From: Candidatus Latescibacterota bacterium
GTDB lineage: Bacteria; Latescibacterota; UBA2968; GCA-2709665
Reading direction: 5' to 3'
Assembly: GCA_965203805.1 (NCBI GenBank)
Contig: OZ241917.1
Location: 4,672,001-4,736,000 of the forward strand
Length of the DNA stretch: 64,000 nucleotides
The translations under genes were made by a program, and so were the position numbers. This document shows positions 44,604 through 53,104 of this stretch, piece by piece. The notes beneath the pieces were generated by a model. It saw nothing but the letters and a program-made list of their open reading frames with translations. It did not search any database and was not told where the DNA came from. Position 1 is the first letter of the stretch. Each line of letters begins with the position of its first letter.

Positions 44604-44966
44604 TCAAACCGGGCCGAATATACACAGAAACAGGAGTTGCGTAAAGGGTAAATTTCGTCAGAAAACGGGTCTGCTCCAGCGTCGCTTTGGTGGCTATCCA
44701 GGGTACACGTGAAACGGACCTCGGCCGCCGTCGGGATACGCGAGGTCTACGACTTGATCGAGTGGGAATTGGTCTTTGACGTGAGGTTAGCGTGTGTCGT
44801 GGAAGATTATGTCGAATCCTTTGGAGGTTTCTGGCTCGGCTTTTGAGACTCCAACCGAATGACGTATTGTTGCGGACCTCGATTCGGTGTTAGGATCGAT
44901 GTTCCCTTGGATAATATTTCGTTTTGGTGTATAACCCTGGTTACCGCGGGCGTGCATAATATACAA

Positions 44967-45039
44967 CCAAAAAATAGCTATTGAAAGATTAATATAAATA
45001 TATTTTTTAATTGACAAATAGCTACTTTTTGATTATGTT
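44967..45039 (+). promoter_or_regulatory. Promoter with two inverted operator-like boxes
   Basis: TTGACA(45011)-17-TATGTT; palindrome AATAGCTATT at 44973-44982 and AATAGCTACT at 45017-45026 inside the spacer. Confidence 0.65.
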
Positions 45040-45078
45040 TTCTGCATTATTTCCAGACGATCAAAGGGGGATGAATTG

Positions 45079-45291
45079 ATGGGCGCCAAGAGGACGATGA
45101 CACTTAACCTCACAGTTGCAGAGATGGATGTGCTGGAAGAACTGAGCGCAAAGAAAGAGCTAAGCAAGACTGCCCTTTTGCGTCAGGCATTGCGGATATA
45201 TCAATTGATCGAAGTAAGGCTTGAAAGTGGCGCCAAACTGTTCTTCGAGGATGAGAAGACCGAGAAGAAGGCCGAGGTCATGCTGCTGTGA
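45079..45291 (+). CDS. Ribbon-helix-helix (CopG-like) protein
   Basis: KRTMTLNL strand, then two helices (EMDVLEELS, SKTALLRQAL). Confidence 0.8.
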   Translation: MGAKRTMTLNLTVAEMDVLEELSAKKELSKTALLRQALRIYQLIEVRLESGAKLFFEDEKTEKKAEVMLL

Positions 45292-45923
45292 CCGCGGCGA
45301 TTTCGGTAGTCCATCTCTTCAACGTCGCCCACGGCGAATCGGAAGCTGCCGAACTGTCCGATGCCATCACGGAGCGGCACCTCGCTGATTGGGAAGGCGA
45401 GTGGATGCCCGCCTTGTTCAACGCGATACGGCGCCTCAAGCGTACGGGGGTCCCGCCGCGGGAATGGCCGCAGAGCAGCCATTGGAATTGGCGCAGAAAA
45501 GTTAATGCGCTACATGGCATTCTCGCCAGACCGGGTTTCAGCATCGTCTGCAATGGCATGACTCAGGGGCTGATGATGGTTGACACGGCGACGCACAGAT
45601 GTCGAGTCGAAAGCCAGAATGGTAAGCACCTCGTGTACGTTGAGTACGTCGAAAACGCACCCTGGAATCGCCCGGAGTTATTCGATCCGCCGCGATTCCG
45701 CGGTGTTGGAAGCATTCTAATCAGGGCTGCCGTCGCACTGAGCGAGGAGTTGGAGTTTCGGGGACGAATCGGCCTCCATTCGCTGCCTCAGGCAGATAGC
45801 TTTTATGCCAATACCTGTGGCATGACCGATCTGGGGACCGATCTCGACTATGAGGGTTTGCGCTACTTCGAGATGACACCCAAACAGGCGCGGGCTTTCG
45901 TTACGAGGGGGAGATTGCCATGA
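45288..45923 (+). CDS. GNAT-fold protein
   Basis: YVEYVENAPWN, FRGVGSILIRAA, IGLHSL...SFY; GTGA overlap with RHH gene. Confidence 0.8.
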   Translation: MTAAISVVHLFNVAHGESEAAELSDAITERHLADWEGEWMPALFNAIRRLKRTGVPPREWPQSSHWNWRRKVNALHGILARPGFSIVCNGMTQGLMMVDTATHRCRVESQNGKHLVYVEYVENAPWNRPELFDPPRFRGVGSILIRAAVALSEELEFRGRIGLHSLPQADSFYANTCGMTDLGTDLDYEGLRYFEMTPKQARAFVTRGRLP

Positions 45924-46402
45924 AGTTGAGAATCAGTAAGGAGTGGTGCACGCGGATGGCAGAACTGGAGGGAGACACCGAAATCGGAGCCGGTCGCCTG
46001 GCAATCGATCCGCCTTTTGACGGTGAAACTATCCCGGTCGTCGACAGATTCGACGAACCCAATATCGCCTTCGGTCGTTTAAACAACCTCATGCGCCGCC
46101 GCCGAGGCTTGAGCATTGAGGGGCTTGCCATGGCGGCGAACGTGACTGTAACGGAGCTGGTCGAGATCGAAAGCGACGTTCGTTATAGGCCGACGTTGCA
46201 GACGATCGATAAACTGGCCAGCTACTTCAATTTGCCTCGGTCTGGTCTAATGCAGATGGCAGGACTGACAGCTTCGAAGGATGCACGCCTGTCTGAACAG
46301 GCAGTTCGCTATGTCGCCCGTGCGGAGTCGACTGCGGAACTGACGCCTGAAGAGAACGCGGCGTTGGAAGGGTTCATGGCTGTTCTCAGCGAGCAGAAAT
46401 AG
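45920..46402 (+). CDS. XRE-family HTH protein
   Basis: FGRL...RRRRGLSIEGLA..ANV...LVEIE, TIDKLA.YF; ATGA overlap. Confidence 0.8.
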   Translation: MKLRISKEWCTRMAELEGDTEIGAGRLAIDPPFDGETIPVVDRFDEPNIAFGRLNNLMRRRRGLSIEGLAMAANVTVTELVEIESDVRYRPTLQTIDKLASYFNLPRSGLMQMAGLTASKDARLSEQAVRYVARAESTAELTPEENAALEGFMAVLSEQK

Positions 46403-46536
46403 CTGAAACGCATTGTCGTTGCACGACGTTGACCCGGGGTGTCGAGCTCCTCGCCGAAATTCACCTCAACGTTGCTTTCTCGGACTCACTCAAAGAATCC
46501 CTTTGCAGATGTGGTGTTCCGTCGTTGATAATCCTT

Positions 46537-47613
46537 TCATTTCATTAGATGGATGCTGCCATTCATGCTCCGCAGCTTGACAACGGCGTCGCCGCCGTCT
46601 CCGACGTCGCCCTTCAGCCGGTTTCTGGATTTGCGCCCCGCTTCGACGGCAAAATCGCTTCGGACGCGCCCGTTGTTCGTTTTGGCGTCAATACGGCCCG
46701 ACCAGTCGGCCGGAAGCGCCAGTTTGACGGAGCCGTTGTTCGTGGCGGCGGTTACCTGGCCGAGACTTACACTCACTTCCATCTTGATCGATCCGTTTGT
46801 GGTCAGCAGCTTCGCGTCATCGACCAGCCGTTCGGCCTGGACAGAGATCGATCCGTTGACGGTTTGGGCGGTAATCGGGCCGTTTTCCGCATTCAGTTTC
46901 ACCGAGCCATTGACGCTTTCCGCATCGACCGCCCCCTGGGTTCCGCGGGACCTGATTCCGCCCTGGACGGTGCTGAGACGCAATGCCATCGCCCGCGGCG
47001 TTTCGATTTCATATCGAACGACCACATTGACGCCGCCGGGTGGCGTGGGATGTTCGGCGGAAACGCGAAGCTCGTCGCCGACCTGTTCGGCGCGGACCTC
47101 GACTTCCCGTTCAAAATCCTCCGTTACGGAACGACGCCCGTGGACCGCTTTCCACGCGCGTACAACGATCCGGTCGCTGTCCGTTCCCGTGAGGGAGATC
47201 GAGCCGTTGACGGTTTCCGCGCGGACCGTCGCAATGTTCTCGGCATCGAATGTCCATTCCTGCGGATCCCCGGCCCCCCGTTCTCCGGTGTCCCGTTCCC
47301 ATCTGCCCGCGGTATCGGCGACGGTCGACGTCGCCTGATCGACAGCCTCGTTCACCATCTTACCGATGTCCTGCCACCGGACCGACTCCATCGCTTTGCC
47401 CACTTCGTTCTCGATTTCCCGTCCCAGGTCGCTGAAAGCCTCCGTGAATCGGTCGAAGTTTCCCTTCCTCTCCCGACGTCGGCCCTTATCACTGTCGGTA
47501 TCTTCGTCCGGGCGGGACGGCTCATCGAGCGCCCGCAAGAGCATATCGGCCTCTTCGGGGCTGATTTTGCCCTCGGAAAGCATTCTCAGGATTTCAAGCC
47601 TCTCCGTGCTCAT
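46537..47613 (-). CDS. DUF4097 beta-repeat protein with N-terminal SHOCT-like domain (YvlB/LiaX-like)
   Basis: ERLEILRMLSEGKISPEEA; repeated T(V/T/N)NGS(I/V). Confidence 0.85.
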   Translation of the reverse strand: MSTERLEILRMLSEGKISPEEADMLLRALDEPSRPDEDTDSDKGRRRERKGNFDRFTEAFSDLGREIENEVGKAMESVRWQDIGKMVNEAVDQATSTVADTAGRWERDTGERGAGDPQEWTFDAENIATVRAETVNGSISLTGTDSDRIVVRAWKAVHGRRSVTEDFEREVEVRAEQVGDELRVSAEHPTPPGGVNVVVRYEIETPRAMALRLSTVQGGIRSRGTQGAVDAESVNGSVKLNAENGPITAQTVNGSISVQAERLVDDAKLLTTNGSIKMEVSVSLGQVTAATNNGSVKLALPADWSGRIDAKTNNGRVRSDFAVEAGRKSRNRLKGDVGDGGDAVVKLRSMNGSIHLMK

Positions 47614-47615
47614 CG

Positions 47616-48005
47616 TTATTTCCTCCCCAGTTGCTTTATCTGTTCGGCCGCTTCCTCCGCGGATATTTCTCCTTCATTGACCCGTTTCAGGATCTCGCGG
47701 CGTTTGTCGGCGCTTTCGCCCGGAGCGGGCGTATCCGCCCGGACTTCGTAGCCGAGTTCCGCGATGACGGCGTTCAGGCGGTTGCGAACGGTGGGGTAGG
47801 AGATCCCCAGTTCGCGCTCCATTTCCTTGATATTGCCCCGGTTCTTGACGAAACTCTCGATAAAGTCGAGGCTTTGCTGCTGGAGGCGGCAGAAGGGACA
47901 CGTGGAGTATTGACTCTCGATTCTGGTGTGGCAGGTGTGACAATGCAGACCCGATATCGTCAGTTCCCCGCCGCACGTTGGACATCCTTCCAATACTTTC
48001 CGCAC
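47616..48005 (-). CDS. DUF2089 protein (zinc ribbon, HTH, SHOCT)
   Basis: CPTCG...CHTC, GNIKEMERELGISYPTVRNRL, GEISAEEA; AAGGAG SD before GTG. Confidence 0.9.
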   Translation of the reverse strand: MRKVLEGCPTCGGELTISGLHCHTCHTRIESQYSTCPFCRLQQQSLDFIESFVKNRGNIKEMERELGISYPTVRNRLNAVIAELGYEVRADTPAPGESADKRREILKRVNEGEISAEEAAEQIKQLGRK

Positions 48006-48246
48006 GGTTTGGTTACTCCTTTTCCAGCTCTCGCTATTGATTCGGCATTTGAGATTACGGATGAAATGTCGCGCCCACGCGCCGGTCCGCTTTTGGAACG
48101 AAGTGGCTTGCGCCCGTTTCGGACCCGGAGTATCTTGAATCAGCGCCGTTTGAAATGACGCGGGAGAAAGGGCGACGACCCGCCGGTCGCACCTGAGAGG
48201 TTGGTCACGTTTGCCCTGTTTCATGCAAGCAAGTAGCGCGAACAAA

Positions 48247-48275
48247 AATATATCATATAGTTATAAAATTGTCAA
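48247..48275 (-). promoter_or_regulatory. Sigma70 promoter of the DUF2089-DUF4097 operon
   Basis: TTGACA-17-TATATT in an AT-rich tract. Confidence 0.7.
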
Positions 48276-48407
48276 TATATTCCGTCAAAATAAATATATA
48301 TACTGAAAACTGACATAATAATTATACGAAAATAGTAAAAAATTTTATTCAACTGTTCTGATACATAAGGTGTGCGAGTCGGGAGTATGTCAAAAGGCGA
48401 ACGGGCG

Positions 48408-49586
48408 ATGACTGCAGGCGATCTTGAATACGCGATGTTTTCCCGTAAGGAGATGGACCGGCGGCATGCCCGCGCGCGGGAGGAGATGGACCGGCGCGGG
48501 ATCGACGCTCTGTTCGTCACCGGAGAGGAGAACTTTCAGTATTTCGCCGGCACGGCGGCGAGCGCGGCCCTGCACGCGTCGCTGACCCGACCGTCGGTCT
48601 TTATTCTGCCGCTGCATGGGGAACCGATTATTGTCACGCAGGGACTGGACAACCTGGAGCTGGGGTCCTATGTGACCGATGTGCGCGGGTACGCCGACCT
48701 GTTCGCGCTTCCGCAAGCGGTCATGATCCGGGCGTTGCGGGATGCCGGAGCGACCGGAGGGTCCGTGGGCGTGGAATTGGGGTTGGAACAGCGGATGGGC
48801 ATGCCGGTGGGGGCCTATCAGGACCTGACCGCAGCGATGCCCGACGTCGCGTTTGTCGACGCGGCGGAAGCGATCGTACGGCTCCGGATGGTGAAGTCGG
48901 AGGAAGAGATCGCACACATCCGGCAGGCGGCAGGGGTGACGGACCGGGCGCGGCAGCGGCTGTTCGGGATGATTCGGCCCGGAATGACGGAACGGGCGGC
49001 CGCCCGTCTGTTGCGCCGGTTGATTCTGGAGGAAGGCGGCGACGGGACTTCGTTTGTCATGCTGCTGCTGGGCATCCCCGGATCCCGGAACCCGTTCGGT
49101 TACGACAGGCCGGTTGAAGCAGGCCGGGTCATCGGCGTCGACGCGGGCGCCCGCGTGGGCATGTATACGATCGACTATACCCGATGGGGCGTTCTCGGCC
49201 CCGCGACAGACGGGTTGAGGCGGATGTACGACGCGCTTCTGGAGGTGAATCGTACGATGGCCGCGGACCTGGGCCCCGGCATGAAGTGTTCCGAAATCTA
49301 CCGCATAGGGATCGAAGCGATCGAAAGAGCGCGTTCGGACGTGAATGGACTGGAGCGGTTCGGGCCTTCCCGCATGGGACACGGGCAGGGGATGCTGATC
49401 ACGGAGCCCCCGAGCATCCATCCGGACGATCATACGCCGCTGGAACCCGGAATGGTCCTGAGTACCGAGCCGGGATTGACCGCGGAAGGCACCCGGATGC
49501 TCTGGGAGGACGTCTATGTGATTTCGGAGGACGGAGCGGAGCAGATCACCTCAGAGAGCGACGAACTTCGAGAAATTCTGTCCTGA
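48408..49586 (+). CDS. M24 family (Xaa-Pro peptidase/creatinase-like) protein
   Basis: LRMVKSEEEI, D...D.TR, GHGQG, TEPG, WED. Confidence 0.92.
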   Translation: MTAGDLEYAMFSRKEMDRRHARAREEMDRRGIDALFVTGEENFQYFAGTAASAALHASLTRPSVFILPLHGEPIIVTQGLDNLELGSYVTDVRGYADLFALPQAVMIRALRDAGATGGSVGVELGLEQRMGMPVGAYQDLTAAMPDVAFVDAAEAIVRLRMVKSEEEIAHIRQAAGVTDRARQRLFGMIRPGMTERAAARLLRRLILEEGGDGTSFVMLLLGIPGSRNPFGYDRPVEAGRVIGVDAGARVGMYTIDYTRWGVLGPATDGLRRMYDALLEVNRTMAADLGPGMKCSEIYRIGIEAIERARSDVNGLERFGPSRMGHGQGMLITEPPSIHPDDHTPLEPGMVLSTEPGLTAEGTRMLWEDVYVISEDGAEQITSESDELREILS

Positions 49587-49693
49587 ACAGTGGATGTCTG
49601 TTGATCTTATGGACGCGATGGCTTAAAATCCGGCTATCGGCTAAAGTCGGGTAGACGTAAGACGGGAGAGGAAAACTTTGAAAGTGGGGATCC

Positions 49694-50734
49694 ATGAGTA
49701 ACACCGCGTGGGTGCGCGTTCACGAGGACGACCGCAGGATCCGGATCGAGACCGGGGAACTCGAAGCCGCGATTCCCAAGAAGGACCCGGTACGTTGGAT
49801 GACCGGGATCGAGAAAGGATCGTTCGTCGACAGGAAGACCGGATTCTCCGAAATCGGCGACGGCCTCATGGTGGTCGACTGGCTGATGGAGTCCGGCAGC
49901 GACGAATCCTGGCGCGAAAGCGTAATTGCTGAAGACGGGCACGGCCTGGGGCGATACCGCTGGCATGAGAACGAGTCGGACCCAGGCGGCAGGGAATACG
50001 CCATCCTTGCCCATGGAAGCAGCCATCGCAAGCGCATGATCGAGGGACCGCAACTGTGTCACCGGATGAAGCCCGTCCAGCCGGAGGTGATCCAGGGGAC
50101 GGACTTCGTCGCCGTGAGGACCCGGTACCGATTTGAATACGCGGCGCCGGGCCGGAACACGGGGTCGCGGTGGACGCAGTTGATCGTGTTTCCCAGAGGC
50201 GAGCGGTTCTTCGTGTTGATGGACCGGATCGAGAGTGTGAATAATTCACCGGAGATGTTTCTGAGGAACGACACGCCCGGTTGCGTACGGCACACGGAGG
50301 GCGATACGTTCAGCGAGATCTATCTCAGCTATCTGAGCGGCGCCGGCGGCGTGCGCATTCCGTCCGGTGAATTCTTCGATCCGTTCCCTCCCGACCGCAA
50401 ATTCGGGTATCGCCGCGACCTGAACAGAACGCCCCGCCGATTCATCCGGGCGTACCGCCTTCGGGATCCTGAAACGGGCGAAAGCGGCCCCTGGCTGGGC
50501 GGCCTCACGCTCGACCCTTCCGTCGTCTACGAAGCGTGGTGCAGCCAGCGGCCCGGGGATATCATCGTGATGATCCTCGAGATGCATGGCATGCCGGTGC
50601 AGGCGGGGGATACGTTCAGCGCGGCCCATATCGTAGGGTATTTCGACAACATCGAGGACATGCACGCGGTATACGATCGTCACGAGGGTCACAGAAGTCT
50701 GGCGGTCGATTCATCGGGCTGGGAACTGAGGTAA
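49694..50734 (+). CDS. Hypothetical protein (beta-supersandwich-like)
   Basis: 346-aa ORF, host-like codon usage, first of three co-oriented genes. Confidence 0.7.
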   Translation: MSNTAWVRVHEDDRRIRIETGELEAAIPKKDPVRWMTGIEKGSFVDRKTGFSEIGDGLMVVDWLMESGSDESWRESVIAEDGHGLGRYRWHENESDPGGREYAILAHGSSHRKRMIEGPQLCHRMKPVQPEVIQGTDFVAVRTRYRFEYAAPGRNTGSRWTQLIVFPRGERFFVLMDRIESVNNSPEMFLRNDTPGCVRHTEGDTFSEIYLSYLSGAGGVRIPSGEFFDPFPPDRKFGYRRDLNRTPRRFIRAYRLRDPETGESGPWLGGLTLDPSVVYEAWCSQRPGDIIVMILEMHGMPVQAGDTFSAAHIVGYFDNIEDMHAVYDRHEGHRSLAVDSSGWELR

Positions 50735-50807
50735 GCGACCGGACCCGGCAGGCGCGGCACGACGGAGAAATTGTGGCGGCGTTGAACTTTATCCGGGAGA
50801 TTTCGAT

Positions 50808-51749
50808 ATGAGCAATGTGGTGAAGGGCCCCGACTGGGTACGCGTGACGGAGAAGGCGGAATGGCAGGCGCGGGACTCACAGGGCGAGATGGTACACGAC
50901 GGCCACATGTGGATTTTTGGCGGCTGGTTTACGCCCCAGACCCCCAATCCGCGTGACGTCTGGAAGTCGTCCGACGGGAAGATCTGGACCTGCATGGTGG
51001 AGACCGCACCCTGGGAACACGGCGACCTGCCTGCAACCATGCCGCTCAAGGGCCGGATATGGCTGATGGGCGGGCGAAAATTACCGGGCAAGGAGAATAC
51101 CAATACGGTATGGTCGTCGCCCGACGGCGCCGAGTGGGTCCTGGAAACGGATGATCCCGGTTGGTGCCCCCGGGTATCGCCCTCTTTTGTTGTGTTCAAG
51201 GACCGCATGTGGATCATGGGGGGGACCGAGGATTTCTACCAGGACGACGACACGACGCTCAAGAACGACGTCTGGTCCACCGCCGACGGCCGGAACTGGA
51301 GATGCGAGGTCGAAAACGCGGCCTGGTCGAAACGAACGCACGCGCAGGCCGTGGTCTTCAGGAATAAAATCTGGATCATGGGTGGGGGCGCCTGGCAGCC
51401 CGAGACCATCCCGCTCAACGACGTATGGTGCTCGGAAGACGGCGCGAACTGGACGCAGGTGACGGCCGAGGCGCCCTGGAAGAAGCGCATGTGGTTCTCT
51501 CTCGTCGTCTACCGGGACCATATGTGGGTTCTGGGGGGATGGTCACGCAAGGACGGCGACTTCGGAGACGTCTGGTACTCGAAAGACGGCGCGAACTGGA
51601 CGGAGCTCAAATCTGACGTGATCTGGACCAATCGGCACGAACACTCGGCGTACGTCTTCAAGGACAAAATCTGGCTGGCCGGCGGTCATGCCAGGCCCTT
51701 GAACAGCGAAGTCTGGTCTCTGGAACTGCCGCAGGACTGGCAGGGTTGA
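50808..51749 (+). CDS. Kelch/Asp-box hybrid beta-propeller protein
   Basis: About six repeats of WxxGG...VWxSxDGxxW...xxW. Confidence 0.85.
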   Translation: MSNVVKGPDWVRVTEKAEWQARDSQGEMVHDGHMWIFGGWFTPQTPNPRDVWKSSDGKIWTCMVETAPWEHGDLPATMPLKGRIWLMGGRKLPGKENTNTVWSSPDGAEWVLETDDPGWCPRVSPSFVVFKDRMWIMGGTEDFYQDDDTTLKNDVWSTADGRNWRCEVENAAWSKRTHAQAVVFRNKIWIMGGGAWQPETIPLNDVWCSEDGANWTQVTAEAPWKKRMWFSLVVYRDHMWVLGGWSRKDGDFGDVWYSKDGANWTELKSDVIWTNRHEHSAYVFKDKIWLAGGHARPLNSEVWSLELPQDWQG

Positions 51750-51824
51750 GAAGGAGGCCTGACGCAAGAGACCTGCCCGGGTGTCGGTGCCTGGTAGCAA
51801 TCCGCAGTCAGGAGGTATTTCAAT

Positions 51825-53012
51825 ATGAAGATCAAGTCCGTCCGCGCCGTTCAGGTGAACTTTCCCGAGACCTATGAGCGCCCGAAGCCCGGGCCCGTGG
51901 AATACAAGACGGCCCGTCGCCCGTCGTGGGCCGCACAGGGTCCCGTTGCCAATCCCATGACGCGCTATCCGCGTTACGCCGCGTTCCGCCCTTCCTGGCT
52001 GCCGAACTGGGGAGGGTTCGGCTGTGCCGTCGAGGCCGAAGACGGCACGCTGGGTTTCGCCACGGCCAGTCACGGACGTCCCGTGGCGGCCGTCATCGAC
52101 GACTTTCTCGGACCACGCCTGGTGAACGAGAGTTGCCTGGCAACCGAAAAGTGCTACGATATGATGGTGCGGATGGGGGCCTCGTACGGCGCCACCGGCC
52201 TGCATGCCTACGCCGTGAGCGCCATCGACCTCGCGCTGTGGGATCTGAAGGGTAAGCTTCTGGACAAGCCGGTATACGAGCTGCTGGGCGGGCCCGCGCG
52301 AGACGAGATGTTCTGCTACGCCACGGGCGGGGACGCCGACTGGTACCTGGAGCTGGGTTTCGAAGCCATCAAGTTGCCGTGCCCGTACGGTCCGGCGGAC
52401 GGACTGGAAGGCCTCCGGAAAAACGTCGATCTTGTGGCAGGCACGCGTGACCTGGCGGGCGACAACGTGGAACTGATGCTGGACTGCTGGATGGCGTTCG
52501 ACGTGGAGTATGCCGTGCGCCTGGCGGAGGAACTGCGTCCGTTCAAACTCAAATGGATGGAGGAAATGCTCCCCTCGGAGGATCTCGACGCCCACGCCGA
52601 GTTGCGCCGCCGGCTTCCGTGGGCTACCCTGGCCACGGGAGAACACTGGTACACGACCGTTCCTTTCCAGCACGCGGCAAGCCGCCACCTCCTGGACATC
52701 TTCCAGCCCGATATCAACTGGGTGGGCGGCCTGACCGCCGTGGTCAAGATCTGCGCAATCGCAGAGGCGGCGGGCATCTCGGTCATTCCCCATGGCGGCG
52801 GCAACACGCCGTACGGGCAGCACGTCTGTTACGCGATGCCGGCAATCCCGTGGACCGAATGTTACATCGCAAGCCCGCCGGGAGTCGACCCGGACGAAGC
52901 CGCGCGGCCCCCCGGCGTTTCAGCGCCCCGGGGCGGACGGATGAAGCCGGTCGACGGACCGGGATTCGGGGTGGAAGTCACGGAAGCACAGGTATCGCCG
53001 TTTCAATATTAG
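51825..53012 (+). CDS. rhmD: Enolase-superfamily acid-sugar dehydratase (L-rhamnonate dehydratase-like)
   Basis: ANPM..YP.Y, SAIDLALWDL, KLP..YGP, LDCWM, WMEE, TGEH, QPD, PH. Confidence 0.8.
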   Translation: MKIKSVRAVQVNFPETYERPKPGPVEYKTARRPSWAAQGPVANPMTRYPRYAAFRPSWLPNWGGFGCAVEAEDGTLGFATASHGRPVAAVIDDFLGPRLVNESCLATEKCYDMMVRMGASYGATGLHAYAVSAIDLALWDLKGKLLDKPVYELLGGPARDEMFCYATGGDADWYLELGFEAIKLPCPYGPADGLEGLRKNVDLVAGTRDLAGDNVELMLDCWMAFDVEYAVRLAEELRPFKLKWMEEMLPSEDLDAHAELRRRLPWATLATGEHWYTTVPFQHAASRHLLDIFQPDINWVGGLTAVVKICAIAEAAGISVIPHGGGNTPYGQHVCYAMPAIPWTECYIASPPGVDPDEAARPPGVSAPRGGRMKPVDGPGFGVEVTEAQVSPFQY

Positions 53013-53104
53013 ACGGGCGGAAAGGGCGCCGGATTGCGACAAACGCTGCCGGCGGCACCGGGTCGGGCTGCCATTCTCCCGCTTACCACCCGCGAGGTCT
53101 GCCT

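Noticed and set aside
48006-48240. ACAGGGCAAAC and AACCTCTCAGGT motifs suggesting c-di-GMP-I or glycine riboswitches
   Set aside because: Only isolated fragments; the remaining conserved cores and stems are missing
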